From positions 23,874,848-23,938,847 of the forward strand of contig CM120643.1 of assembly GCA_051362555.1 (NCBI GenBank): a DNA stretch of 64,000 bases, read 5' to 3'. Positions 15,001 through 30,007 of the stretch are shown piece by piece. Below the pieces are notes generated by a model, which did not search any database, had not been told where the DNA came from, and was given only the letters and a program-made list of their open reading frames with translations. Position numbers and translations under genes: made by a program. The DNA is from Lingula anatina. Taxonomy: Eukaryota > Animalia > Brachiopoda. Position 1 is the stretch's first letter. Every line of letters starts with the position of its first letter.

Positions 15001-18000
15001 AAGACTCAACATTGACATCATCTGCAGGTGACACATCTATAGTAACAACTGAAGAAACATCTACAGTAGAACCCAGTGTTACGGAGACAGCTACTGCATT
15101 ATCCAGTGAAGACTCAACATTGACATCATCAGCAGGTGACACGTCTATAGTAACAACTGCAGAAACATCTACAGTAGAACCCAGTGTTACGGAGACAGCA
15201 ACTGCATCATCCAGTGAAGACTCAACATTGACATCATCAGCAGGTGACACGTCTATAGTAACAACTGAAGAAACATCTACAGTAGAACTCAGTGTTACGG
15301 AGACAGCAACTGCATCATCCAGTGAAGACTCAACATTCACATCATCTGCAGGTGACACGTCTATAGTAACAACTGAAGAAACAGCTACAATAGAACCCAG
15401 TGTTACGGAGATAGCTACTGCATCAACCAGTGAAGCCTCAACATTGACATCATCAGCAGGTGACACGTCTATAGTAACAACTGAAGAAACATCTACAGTA
15501 GAACCCAGTGTTACTGAGACAGCAACTGCATCATCCAGTGAAGGCTCAACATTGACATCATCTGCAGGTGACACGTCTATAGTAACAACTGAAGAAACAT
15601 CTACAGTAGAACCCAGTGTTACGGAGACAGCTACTGCATCAACCAGTGAAGACTCTACATTCACATCATCTGCAGGTGACACGTCTATAGTAACAACTGA
15701 AGAAACATCTACAGTAGAACCCAGTGTTACGGAGACAGCTACTGCATCAACCAGTGAAGACTCAACATTGACATCATCAGCAGGTGACACGTCTGTAGTA
15801 ACAACTGAAGAAACATCTACAGTAGAACCCAGTGTTACGGAGACAGCAACTGCATCATCCAGTGAAGACTCAACATTGACATCATCTGCAGGTGACACGT
15901 CTATAGTAACAACTGAAGAAACATCTACAGTAGAACCCAGTGTTACGGAGACAGCAACTGCATCATCCAGTGAAGGCTCAACATTGACATCATCTGCAGG
16001 TGACACATCTATAGTAACAACTGCAGAAATATCTACAGTAGAACCCAGTGTTACGGAGACAGCTACTGCATCAACTAGTGAAGACTCAACATTGACATCA
16101 TTGGCAGGTGACACGTCTATAGTAACAACTGAAGAAACATCTACAGTAGAACTCAGTGTTACGGAGACAGCAACTGCATCATCCAGTGAAGACTCAACAT
16201 TCACATCATCTGCAGGTGACACGTCTATAGTAACAACTGAAGAAACAGCTACAATAGAACCCAGTGTTACGGAGATAGCTACTGCATCAACCAGTGAAGC
16301 CTCAACATTGACATCATCAGCAGGTGACACGTCTATAGTAACAACTGAAGAAACATCTACAGTAGAACCCAGTGTTACTGAGACAGCAACTGCATCATCC
16401 AGTGAAGGCTCAACATTGACATCATCTGCAGGTGACACGTCTATAGTAACAACTGAAGAAACATCTACAGTAGAACCCAGTGTTACGGAGACAGCTACTG
16501 CATCAAGCAGTGAAGACTCAACATTGACATCATTGGCAGGTGACACGTCTGTAGTAACAACTGAAGAAACATCTACAGTAGAACCCAGTGTTACGGAGAC
16601 AGCTACTGCATCAAGCATTGAAGACTCAACATTGACATCATTGGCAAGTGACACGTCTGTAGTAACAACTGAAGAAACATCTACAGTAGTACCCAGTGTT
16701 ACGGAGACAGCAACTGCATCATCCAGTGAAGACTCAACATTGACATCATCAGCAGGTGACACGCCTATAGTAACAACTGAAGAAACATCTACAGTAGAAC
16801 CCAGTGTTACGGAGACAGCTACTGCATCAACCAGTGAAGACTCAACATTGACATCATCGGCAGGTGACACGTCTATAGTAACAACTGAAGAAACATCTAC
16901 AGTAGAACCCAGTGTTACGGAGACAGCTACTGCATCAACCAGTGAAGACTCAACATTGACATCATCAGCAGGTGACACTTCTATAGTAACAACTGAAGAA
17001 ACATCTACAGTAGAATCCAGTGTTATGGAGACAGCTACTGCATCAACCAGTGAAGACTCAACATTGACATCATCTGCAGGTGACACGTCTATAGTAACAA
17101 CTGAAGAAACATCTACAGTAGAACCCAGTGTTACGGAGACAGCAACTGCATCAACCAGTGAAGACTCAACATTGACATCATTGGCAGGTGCCACGTCTGT
17201 AGTAACAACTGAAGAAACATCTACAGTAGAACCCAGTGTTACGGAGATAGCTACAGCATCATCCAGTGAAGACTCAACATTGACATCATTAGCAAGTGAC
17301 ACGTCTATAGTAACAACTGCAGAAACATCTACAGTAGAACCCAGTGTTACGGAGACAGCTACTGCATCAACCAGTGAAGACTCAACATTGACATCATCGA
17401 CAGGTGACACGTCTATAGTAACAACTGAAGAAACATCTACAGTAGAACCCAGTGTTACGGAGACAGCTACTGCATCATCCAGTGTAGACTCAACATTCAT
17501 ATCATCTGCAGGTGACACGTCTATACTAATAACTGAAGAAACATCTACAGTAGAACCCAGTGTTACGGAGACAGCTACTGCATCATCCAGTGAAGACTCA
17601 ACATTGACATCATCGGCAGGTGACACGTCTATAGTAACAACTGAAGAAACATCTACAATAGAACCCAGTGTTACGGAGACAGCTACTGCATCATCCAGTG
17701 AAGACTCAACATTGACATCATCGGCAGGTGACACGTCTATAGTAACAACTGAAGAAACATCTACAGTAGAACCCAGTGTTACGGAGACAGCTACTGCATC
17801 ATCCAGTGAAGACTCAACATTCACATCATCTGCAGGTGACACGTCTATAGTAACAACTCAAGAAACATCTACAGTAGAACCCAGTGTTACGGAGACAGCT
17901 ACTGCATCAACCAGTGAAGACTCAACATTGACATCATCAGCAGGTGCCACGTCTGTAGTAACAACTGAAGAAACATCTACAGTAGAACCCAGTGTTACGG

Positions 18001-21000
18001 AGATAGCTACAGCATCATCCAGTGAAGACTCAACATTGACATCATTAGCAAGTGACACGTCTATAGTAACAACTGCAGAAACATCTACAGTAGAACCCAG
18101 TGTTACGGAGACAGCTACTGCATCAACCAGTGAAGACTCAACATTGACATCATCAGCAGGTGACACGTCTATAGTAACAACTGAAGAAACATCTACAGTA
18201 GAACCCAGTGTTACGGAGACAGCTACTGCATCATCCAGTGAAGACTCAACATTGACATCATCGGCAGGTGACACGTCTATAGTAACAACTGAAGTAACAT
18301 CTACAGTAGTAACCAGTGTTACGGAGACAGCTACTGCATCATCCAGTGAAGACTCAACATTGACATCATCGGCAGGTGACACGTCTATAGTAACAACTGA
18401 AGAAACATCTACAGTAGAACCCAGTGTTACGGAGACAGCTACTGCATCATCCAGTGAAGACTCAACATTGACATCATCAGCAGGTGACACGTCTATAGTA
18501 ACAACTGAAGAAACATCTACAGTAGAACCCAGTGTTACGGAGACAGCAACTGCATCATCCAGTGAAGACTCAACATTCACATCATCTGCAGGTGACACGT
18601 CTATAGTAACAACTGAAGAAACATCTACAGTAGAACCCAGTGTTACGGAGACAGCTACTGCATCATCCAGTGAAGACTCAACATTGACATCATCAGCAGG
18701 TGACACGTCTATAGTAACAACTGAAGAAACATCTACAATAGAACCCAGTGTTACGGAGATAGCTACTGCATCATCCAGTGAAGACTCAACATTGACATCA
18801 TCTGCAGGTGACACGTCTATAGTAACAACTGAAGAAACATCTACAGTAGAACCCAGTGTTACGGAGATAGCTACTGCATCATCCAGTGAAGACTCAACAT
18901 TGACATCATCAGCAGGTGACACGTCTATAGTAACAACTGAAGAAACATCTACAGTAGAACCCAGTGTTACGGAGACAGCAACTGCATCATCCAGTGAAGA
19001 CTCAACATTGACATCATCAGCAGGTGACACGTCTGTAGTAACAACTGAAGAAACATCTACAGTAGAACCCAGTGTTACGGAGACAGCTACTGCATCATCC
19101 AGTGAAGACTCAACATTGATATCATCAGCAGGTGACACGTCTATAGTAACAACTGAAGAAACATCTACAATAGAACCCAGTGTTACGGAGATAGCTACTG
19201 CATCAACCAGTGAAGACTCAACATTGACATCATCAGCAGGTGACACGTCTATAGTAACAACTGAAGAAACATCTACAGTAGAACCCAGTGTTACGGAGAC
19301 AGCAACTGCATCATCCAGTGAAGGCTCAACATTGACATCATCTGCAGGTGACACGTCTATAGTAACAACTGAAGAAACATCTACAGTAGAACCCAGTGTT
19401 ACGGAGACAGCTACTGCATCAACCAGTGAAGACTCAACATTGACATCATTGGTAGGTGACACGTCTGTAGTAACAACTGAAGAAACATCTACAGTAGAAC
19501 CCAGTGTTACGGAGACAGCAACTGCATCATCCAGTGAAGACTCAACATTGACATCATCGGCAGGTGACACGTCTATAGTAACAACTGAAGAAACATCTAC
19601 AGTAGAACCCAGTGTTACGGAGACAGCAACTGCATCATCCAGTGAAGGCTCAACATTGACATCATCTGCAGGTGACACGTCTATAGAAACAACTGAAGAA
19701 ACATCTACAGTAGAACCCAGTGTTACGGAGACAGCTACTGCATCAACCAGTGAAGACTCAACATTGACATCATCTGCAGGTGACACGTCTATAGTAACAA
19801 CTGAAGAAACATCTACAGTAGAACCCAGTGTTACGGAGACAGCTACTGCATTATCCAGTGAAGACTCAACATTGACATCATCAGCAGGTGACACGTCTAT
19901 AGTAACAACTGCAGAAACATCTACAGTAGAACCCAGTGTTACGGAGACAGCAACTGCATCATCCAGTGAAGACTCAACATTGACATCATCGGCAGGTGAC
20001 ACGTCTATAGTAACAACTGCAGAAATATCTACAGTAGAACCCAGTGTTACGGAGACAGCTACTGCATCAACTAGTGAAGACTCAACATTGACATTATCGG
20101 CAGGTGACACGTCTATAGTAACAACTGAAGAAACATCTACAGTAGAACTCAGTGTTACGGAGACAGCAACTGCATCATCCAGTGAAGACTCAACATTCAC
20201 ATCATCTGCAGGTGACACGTCTATAGTAACAACTGAAGAAACAGCTACAGTAGAACCCAGTGTTACGGAGATAGCTACTGCATCAACCAGTGAAGCCTCA
20301 ACATTGACATCATCAGCAGGTGACACGTCTATAGTAACAACTGAAGAAACATCTACAGTAGAACCCAGTGTTACTGAGACAGCAACTGCATCATCCAGTG
20401 AAGGCTCAACATTGACATCATTGGCAGGTGACACGTCTGTAGTAACAACTGAAGAAACATCTACAGTAGAACCCAGTGTTACGGAGACAGCTACTGCATC
20501 AAGCATTGAAGACTCAACATTGACATCATTGGCAGGTGACACGTCTGTAGTAACAACTGAAGAAACATCTACAGTAGAACCCAGTGTTACGGAGACAGCT
20601 ACTGCATCAAGCATTGAAGACTCAACATTGACATCATTGGCAAGTGACACGTCTGTAGTAACAACTGAAGAAACATCTACAGTAGAACCCAGTGTTACGG
20701 AGACAGCTACTGCATCAACCAGTGAAGACTCAACATTGACATCATCAGCAGGTGACACTTCTATAGTAACAACTGAAGAAACATCTACAGTAGAACCCAG
20801 TGTTATGGAGACAGCTACTGCATCAACCAGTGAAGACTCAACGTTGACATCATCTGCAGGTGACACGTCTATAGTAACAACTGAAGAAACATCTACAGTA
20901 GAACCCAGTGTTACGGAGACAGCTACTGCATCAACCAGTGAAGACTCAACATTGACATCATTGGCAGGTGCCACGTCTGTAGTAACAACTGAAGAAACAT

Positions 21001-21900
21001 CTACAGTAGAACCCAGTGTTACGGAGATAGCTACAGCATCATCCAGTGAAGACTCAACATTGACATCATTAGCAAGTGACACGTCTATAGTAACAACTGA
21101 AGAAACATCTACAGTAGAACCCAGTGTTACGGAGACAGCAACTGCATCATCCAGTGAAGGCTCAACATTGACATCATCTGCAGGTGACACGTCTATAGTA
21201 ACAACTGAAGAAACATCTACAGTAGAACCCAGTGTTACGGAGACAGCTACTGCATCAACCAGTGAAGACTCTACATTGACATCATTGGCAGGTGACACGT
21301 CTATAGTAACAACTGAAGAAACATCTACAATAGAACCCAGTGTTACGGAGACAGCTACTGCATCAACCAGTGAAGACTCAACATTGACATCATCAGCAGG
21401 TGACACGTCTGTAGTAACAACTGAAGAAACATCTACAGTAGAACCCAGTGTTACGGAGACAGCAACTGCATCATCCAGTGAAGACTCAACATTGACATCA
21501 TCTGCAGGTGACACGTCTATAGTAACAACTGAAGAAACATCTATAGTAGATTCCAGTGTGACAGAGACAGCAACTGCATCATCTAGTGAAGAAGCTACAG
21601 CGACAACATTAGAAGACACATCTACAGTAGACAGCAGTGTAACAGAGACAGCTACTGCATCATCCAGTGAGGACTCAACAGTGACATCATCTGCAGGTGA
21701 CACGTCTATAGTAACAACTGATGAAACATCTACAGTAGATTCCAGTGTTACAGAGACAGCAACTGGATCATCTAGTGAAGAAGCTACAGTGACATCATTT
21801 GCGACAACAGCAAAAGACACATCTACAGAAGACACCAGTGTTACAGAGAGAGGTACAGTTACAGCATCGCTGAGTGAGGAAACTACAGTGACATCATCTG
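1..21900 (+). repeat. Coding tandem repeat (VNTR), 108-bp unit encoding [36 protein letters not shown], about 200 copies
   Basis: tgacatcatc recurs at 1, 109, 217 and so on (period 108). Units are near-identical and degenerate only after about 21540. Confidence 0.98.
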
Positions 21901-22128
21901 AGGCTGGCACATCTACAGTAACAACTGATGAAATATATACATTAGACTCCATTATTACAGAGACTATTACTGTATCATTCAGTGAGGAATCATCTACAGT
22001 AGGACCCAGCGGAACGGGCACATCATCCATTGTGGAGCCTACAGTAACACTGACCTCGTCTTCATCAAGTAGTACTGCGTTTGCCTCGTCTACTACCCCT
22101 AACCCAACTACCCAGGTCCCCCCTCCAG
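1..22128 (+). CDS. Mucin PTS-repeat exon (>7300 aa, Ser/Thr/Glu-rich), open at the 5' end
   Basis: Uninterrupted ORF. The listed start at 108 is a TTG inside a repeat, not a true start. It ends ...TTQVPPP at donor CCAG|gtatat (22128), phase 1, which joins in frame to the acceptor at 22917. Confidence 0.9.
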
Positions 22129-25100
22129 GTATATCGAGATACCTACGCGAAAACAGTTTTATATTCATTGGAAATTTGTGGAATATTTCATGTCTTTCAT
22201 CCCCATTTTTCACACGACGTCTATGTGCCAGGCACAGTATATATAAACATATATGGTAACGGCACCAAATACGGGACTTACCCGCGAATTTAAGTATTTC
22301 TCTTTCTCAAGAAGCGTTGCTCCATCTGTCCCTACACATGGGTTCGATTTTCTTTTATGATTAAGTCTTGCACTTAAATTTGAAGGGTTTGATTATTTTA
22401 AAGGTCTGAATTTAGCAATGCAAGGCATTTAGACATTGAGAAGACAGCTTTGGGAAATGTTTATACGCGCACAGTATCATTTTAGCTGTCTACAGCGCGG
22501 GAGTAACGAAACTAAGGATGCATTCCCATAGATTTAGATCGTTCCAGAGATTTAGATTTAGATCGACCTAACTCCCTGGGGGTTCACGCTAAATTGGACT
22601 CAGCCGAGCGCGCACCATAATTACTTACAGCTTTTAATAGGCAGGAAAGACGCTTAAGCCGGCTAAGCTGACAGTAATCTAGTGAGACTTCCCACAGGGA
22701 TGGATCGATCTAAAATCTATGGGAATGGGGTCTAACTATCTGTTTAACAGAGTCCGCCCTCCACTTGATTATATAGGTTAGGATTAACCTGACGTAAGTG
22801 GGTCAGAATCTAGGTCGAGGTTTACCAGTACAAATTAATGGGAAGCGGACTCTTATCATTGAGGACTCTATCGTGTCACGACGGCAAAACTACATGACAT
22901 ATTTTTGTATCTTCAGACAGAAAAGGCAAACCTCATTATCCTGCGAGAGAATTCCAGAACTCCAGCTCAGACACGTGTTACGACGCCCTTGATGACAACA
23001 CATCACCACAAATTAAATTCAAATATGAGTTCTGCATGGGTCAAAGGTCGTACTTTGATGCCTACGTGAGTGCAATTAATATTTCAAAATGTCAAAACAT
23101 TTAATAGCACTTTCTAAAAAGGTTGTGTTAAATTGTCATCCTCAAGAATTAGCAAATCATATCAATTCAGACTGCGTTGTCTGAGGCCCTGTCCCAGTAA
23201 TTCGCATGCTTTTAATTAAATATTTCATCTATAAATGTGTTACTAGTATTTGTGAAATAACAGTAGTATATCTCGTATGACATAACCTTAAATGGCTTGA
23301 ATTTCGAATCATATTTCCACAGGTATGCACGAATGGTCTGGTGTCATTTGGGTCACGATTCTGTGCCTTCTCCCCCGTGGCGTTCCCGTTACAGGGTCAA
23401 CCTTTCAGCAGTATCCCCATCGTTGCTCCTTTCTGGTCCGACCTGGATGCAAGAAACAAATCTCGCGGGGCAAGTGTCTGCTACGCGACATATGACTACT
23501 ATGCTGATTACAACACCAGCAGCACTGCACGTACTGTCATTGACCTTTGTAGAGATCACGTGAGGACGTACCTGAACGATACCGACTTTCAGCCGTCGAT
23601 GGTGTTTGTAGTCACGTGGCACAGAATGAATCCGTACAGCCCAAATGGAAACGTGTATCTTAATTCAGAGGTAGTCTTGTTCAGTTTATCGAGTCCATGG
23701 TATTTTGTCAACTTTTTCACCTAAAGGACATAGATACTCATTAACTATTTGGCTATATGATAAGGCATATACATATGTACATGTACATGTACTACTACTA
23801 ACTTAAGCGCCCTTTATCTGGTTAATAAATAACAAAACTATACGGAGCAAATTCAGTTAGCCACTTGAAATTTGACAATACGTAAGCAGTTACATTGCCT
23901 TGTATCAGGGCACATGAAAAGGCTTCTTAGAATAAAAACATTGTGTTACTACTGAACAAAAATAAAACCAGCCACAGTCAGTTGTAAATAAACGTCGTTG
24001 TATTATCGTTTCAGGAAACCACGTTTCAGCTTGCCCTTTGTACGAATGAGCTTACAACGTATGCGGTGTATCTTTATCCTTTCAATATGACAGTCTTTGA
24101 CTTCACGAACCTGAAACTTCTGGGACGTGTTGGATATACCACCGGTAATGGCAATGCATACTTTAACGCGTACACATCTGGCCGTACGCTTAGCCAAGCC
24201 TTTTCTATGGATAAAGTCACTGGAAATACAGGTATAAGTTAAACGTGTTTTCATATTGATAAAAAAACATTTGTCATTTGTCTCTCTTTTTTTTATTTAA
24301 TTACTATAAAATAGAGTCATTTTTTGAAATATTTTGTTTTCTTTGGCACTGCACGAAACATGTACTTTCACTACTTGATGGGTAGGTTCCATGATGTCGA
24401 TAGAAGAAAATGCATAATTACATATACATTTTTGCAATACACGTCTTTATGTGCTATGTTTTCCAGGAATACGGGGTTTATGGGCGTTTAGACTGTGCAC
24501 ACGGCCACCTAGACCAAACTACGACCAGCTATGCAGAGACTGGGCAGCAGAGCAAAGGACAGACCAGATACTTTTGTTCAATCGATTTTCCACTGTTATA
24601 ATGCCTCAATGTCCGTGCACACTTGCACAGGCGGCATTCAACCGCATGTTTGTGTATTACTCAGGTGAGCGAAAATGAAATGGCGCCAAGGAGTAACCGT
24701 GACGTAGGCGGTGACGTCATCATCTGGGTTTATTTACAATCTCGTTCGGACGAGAAAGTAACTGCTGCAGTCATCAAATTCATTGATATATGATTATATG
24801 ATAAACGTATTTATTATGTAATTAACATGGAATGCAATCTTATATCCGGGTCGATCTCATATGCTGACTAGACTCCCTATTCACTGATGACTTCACCACC
24901 AAATATGCTTACAAGTACTTTAGATAACCGAAGATGTGATTCATGATCTGTGCAAAACTTTAATTTCTTTTACAAATACATATAATTCTTACTTCTATTG
25001 CAGTAATTTTAACGCTGCAGTAGATGTCTTATAATGTGGTTTTATTTAAACATTAAGCAAATTAGTAATATAAAAATTCATTTACACTTACATTTTATTT

Positions 25101-25550
25101 ACAACTTCAACCCATTAGGCTGCAAACATATAAATAACTCATTAATAATAATAATAATAGTAATATGCCAAACGGCATATTAATCTCAACCAAAGTTAAT
25201 CAGTGTACAATATCATTGATACAGACTATAATGTAGATAACTAGCAGTCACCAACTTCGTACTGTCATCATAATCTGAGTATAATCTAACTTTTCAGCAT
25301 CACCAGGAATCATATGTGGCCGAATACGGTTTTGGGGGAGAATTGTACTCCGCGGGTTTCAATTTGGAAAGGTATGTGTTTGCTTTGACAAATGGTACGC
25401 ATCTGTGGTTTATAAATATATATATATGTTTCAAACGTTGTGGCCACTTCGCCACTATGTCTTTTTCAACCCGTTTAAATTCCTGTTAGTTTCATGATGT
25501 TGCTATTAAGTGGTAGTGAATAGAACCAAATGGTACTCCCATCCCAAAAT

Positions 25551-25589
<39 letters not shown>

Positions 25590-28500
25590 ATGGTCCTTAA
25601 TTATGGACATCTTGCTGTATTGATATTGTCTAAATGTCAAGAAAAAATACGACAAGCATTAATATATCCTTTTAAACTCGTTTAAAATGTATGCTTCCAG
25701 ATATTTGCTTAAAAAAGACAGTTTTGGGGTCATTACAATACATGTCCTATGCTTTATATTTACTTCATCCTTGAGGTGGTAATAAATAAGTAATTACATG
25801 TATAAAAAAATGCTAGTCCTAACATGAAATTTAATAGCTGTGCTCCATTTATTCTTCTCACTGTACTGTAAATGTATACAGAATGTATTATATTACATGA
25901 TATGTCACTTCGTTATCTTACACAGACGTGTTGCTACGATACTGACCCGAATTCAGAATCGTTTGGGGCCCTTTTAACACAAAGAACATACGAGGCAGGA
26001 GCATTCCAATTGTACAACCCTGGGATACCATGGTTCAATGCTCTACACGATCGGTACGATGTTTTACCTAAGGTCTACTGCTGCCGGGAGTCAACTCTGT
26101 GTGACCTGTATTACCTGTATAGACCGATGGACACGTGTGCTTTCTTCAGACCACCTAGACTTTGTGAGTTACATGTCTGCCCGTTTCGTTGAATTTTTTC
26201 TACATCTCTGTACGCCATTTGATTCTCATAATTGTTTCTGCAAATTGCATTTTTTTCTTACATCCTACTTATTTAAAAAAGTAAACGTAAATTCCTTCTT
26301 TAAAAATTGCAAAGGCGACATATATTAGTCCACATTCTGTTTCTCAATCAATTAATGTGAAAAAATCGAATGCTCCTTTCTACAATAATCAGATATCGTA
26401 CGCTCTATCTGTACGGGTACCTCGTCTTTTATTCAGCATTTTTCTGGGGAGACCCTCACATCACCACCATGGACCAGGTCTCGTACACCTTCAACGGGCT
26501 TGGGGAATACACGCTCCTTCAGGTGTCCAACGACAGATTTGTCTTGCAAGGACGCACAGGACTGGCAGTGGCCGCCAGCGGGTCTGAAGCGACTAATGCC
26601 ACGGTCTTCACTGCAGTGGCTGCCAGGGATAACGACTCCGATATCGTCACCGTCCGACTGGACTCAACTAGACAGCGTAAGTCTACTATTGATTCATGGC
26701 TGCATCAATGAATACAGGCAGATGATACTGAACTGACGATTTCCTCGCCTGTTTGTTTTAAATTTGTCACATGTTTCCAAGACAAAATTTGTTTAAATTT
26801 TCAGGGCATGCGTGTTATTTTTCATTGAGCCATTCAACATGATTACTAGGACAATCACAAAAGCCAAATACATGATCTTAACCAATATGTATATAGATAA
26901 GTCATTAATTTTTATTTTATTTTATTTTATTTATTTATTTATTTATTTATTTATTTTGCAGATATGGAAATATTCATCAATAATGAATCAGTAAGCAGTC
27001 TGATGATAAACAGTAACCACGAATCCTTCAATTACGTCGATTTAGACTATGACCATGTCAATGAGTCCCTTAATATTTCCTTTGCGTCAGGTAAGTGCGC
27101 GTGTGCATGCGTAAGTGCATGTGTGTAAGATCGAGAGAGAGAGAGAGAGAGATTATTATACATGTACATGTACTGCACTCGTACATAACGAAATATAACT
27201 GTAGTTGAACCATCGGATTTAATTTCCTATGATTGTTGTTAGTGACCTTGGAACTTTTCAACCAATATCTTATTTACAAGTAGCTTTACATGATGTTACT
27301 TTTACAGGGTTTGCCCTGACAGTATCAAAAGGAATACAGCTCCTGCGCGTCTTCGTGGTTTGTCCAGCAGAGTACACGAACATGACACTAGGGCTGCTGG
27401 GAATTTACAACAATGACCCGGATGATGACTTCGCCCTCCCGAACGGCACTGTCCTGTCCATAAATGCCACTGATGAGGAAAGGATTTACTACGAGTTTGG
27501 CCAGAAATGTACGTATTTCTATCCCAGTACTACATTTCTGTACTTTTTTTAAATTATTTTTACTACTTTTTGTGCGCTTTTAATAGAGAGGACGGCTTGT
27601 GGTGTTTACATGGAACATCATTATGTCCATGCATGGAACCCAGACTGAATTTTTCATCATAGTGAATTTGATTCCAAGAATTATTTGATATAAAATAAAG
27701 GAGGTATAGTTTTCTTATGGGCCATAACAATCGCTGCATTTGCATCAAAAGTAATTGTAATCGTTTAGTAGGAACGATATGATGCATGTACCGTTACTAC
27801 GTACTTGCAGTTTATTTATGCACAATACATGTATGTCCATCATGTCTGTTTATCTAACGCACTGTTTCAGGGCACATCAACCCAAATGAGTCCTTATTTT
27901 ACTACTCACCTGGCACTGGACCAGCCAACTTCACAGATTCAAATTTCGTTCCTGTTTTCGGCACTGCCATTCCCACTGGAATCAACCAGACCACGGTCGA
28001 CGAGGCCAAGCGTTTGTGCGGGGATAGCAAACAGTGCATTTTCGATTTCCTTCGCACAAGGTCTTTAGACGTTGCTAAGGATACAAAAGAGACACAACTC
28101 ACTAACGAGGAACAGGAAAAGAGAGTCGGTATGTGGTACATGAGGCCATGTGAAATGCCCCAGTTTAGGAATTACATGTATCATAAGTGACTTTCATTCA
28201 AATATGTCAGTATGAAACACACTTAAAAATAGAATAAGTAGAAGAAAATTTGTGTTTTAGAAGAAATCGATCTCAAACCATTCAAAACACCCATGTTTTC
28301 TTTTTTTTATACATTCGCCAATCTTCTGTCTCCACAGAAAACCGGGCACCTGTGATTTCCGGGCCTTCAGTTATCAACATTATAGCCAATCAACAGAACG
28401 AAATCTTCACAACTTTCGTAGACCCTGACGGGGACAATTTAACGTTTGTTGAGACGGCCGTGTTATCTCTGGGGGCGAACACTTCTATCGTTAATGATAC

Positions 28501-29974
28501 GGCACGGAAAATCGCCTGGACTCCAAGCAGTTTCGAAAATAAAGTTAACCTAAGGTACTGAACTTTATAATACTGTATATTTACTTGGACGACGTTTTTT
28601 ATGTGGAAACAAGTAATTGAAATAGAATATCTGTTATACTAATGATGTAATACTAATGAGACAACTGAATTTCCAGTGCCCTTCTCGTCAGAATATAAGA
28701 TTTTGGGCTGAATATATTAAAGGCCATAGAGCCCATGTCAATTTTGTGGCGTATTCAAAACCATCCGCAATCCATTGTCACAACAGATATTCTATTGGTG
28801 CAGAGAAATTGAGATAAAATGTCTTACTAAATAAAAGTTCGTTTTCGTTTTCACCAGTGTCACGGTAAAGGACGGCAAAGGCGGCGTGGCCACTTCAGTC
28901 TTCGCTGTGAATATGTGCTCGGGTTGTAATGGTAAAGGCACATGCGACTTCAACACCATACTCGAAGACATGAGTGATGTCTATAAAGTGGTAAAATGCG
29001 ACTGTTTCACTGGTTACGGGGGTAATTATTTTTATTATTTTTGTTGTTGTTGTTGTTGTTGGAGTTGTTATCATTATTTCAAAAAAGCTTGAAGTTTCTT
29101 TTTTTTCAGAAAATTTGTATTTTAGATTGAATTATAAATAATGTCCGCCCCCTGGTCCCCTTTTCCAAATCTCTTGAAGTATTAAACCTAAACAGTTGTT
29201 CTTCCATGTTTATAAAAATTTCTAACTAATCGAATTGTACAGTTTACCCTCATTATTCAAATTTTTTACCACAAAGGAACAGCGCATAGTAAATTGCAAT
29301 ATAAATGTGCCGAAGGAAGAACCGTTATATTTAACAAAATCGTTGAAGAAAAAGTAACTTCCACCACAAATACAATGTCCTAGCAATGTCTTAACGTGCT
29401 TTTCTTTCTTCAGGTGACCACTGTTCTACCTTAATTGACTGGTGTGCTGCGTTTGACCAATGCCCGGAACAGACCACGTGTACAACTCTGCCACCAGAAC
29501 TCCAAAACGAGGCCAATCACACCTACTTCACGTGTTCGGCTTGTCCAGCAGGATATGAACAGAGAGGTTCTAAATGTATAGGTAATGTAAATAATTCAAT
29601 TTAAAGTTACAGTTAAATGTAGTAAACTCTAACATTTTAAAACGTTGCGAAAATAGCCTCGATCCGTAGTGAGTTAAACAGGTACTGACCACTGTACATG
29701 TACATGTATGTTTTACTTATATAAAAAATATTGAACAATGTTATAAATCGCGCAATCTTTAGAACTTTTACGTCATTTTTAACCAGATGTGGACGAATGT
29801 GCCAGGGAAGACACGAATAACTGCACAAGGAACACGAGCGTCTGCGTTAACCTGGTGGGATCCTACTACTGTAACTGCACAGCGGCTGGCTTCAGGAACG
29901 ATGCGAACGACCCATACACGTGCCAAGGTACGAGGACACGCGCTTACCTTATATTGAGGTCACGCATTAATATA

Positions 29975-30007
<33 letters not shown>

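Noticed and set aside
11342-22213. Huge antisense ORFs (2166 aa and 1451 aa, V/D/S-rich)
   Set aside because: Shadow of the coding repeat: a stop-free unit repeated in tandem gives a long ORF automatically. They are broken only by the TTQE point variant and have no domain or splice context, whereas the + frame splices into NIDO.
22129-22259. C-terminal end of the 7383-aa ORF ([13 protein letters not shown])
   Set aside because: Most likely intron read-through after the donor at 22128; the composition changes abruptly.
1-22259. Bacterial giant adhesin / serine-rich repeat protein interpretation
   Set aside because: Downstream spliceosomal introns, EGF/vWD exons and neighbouring GAS8 show that this is an animal genome.
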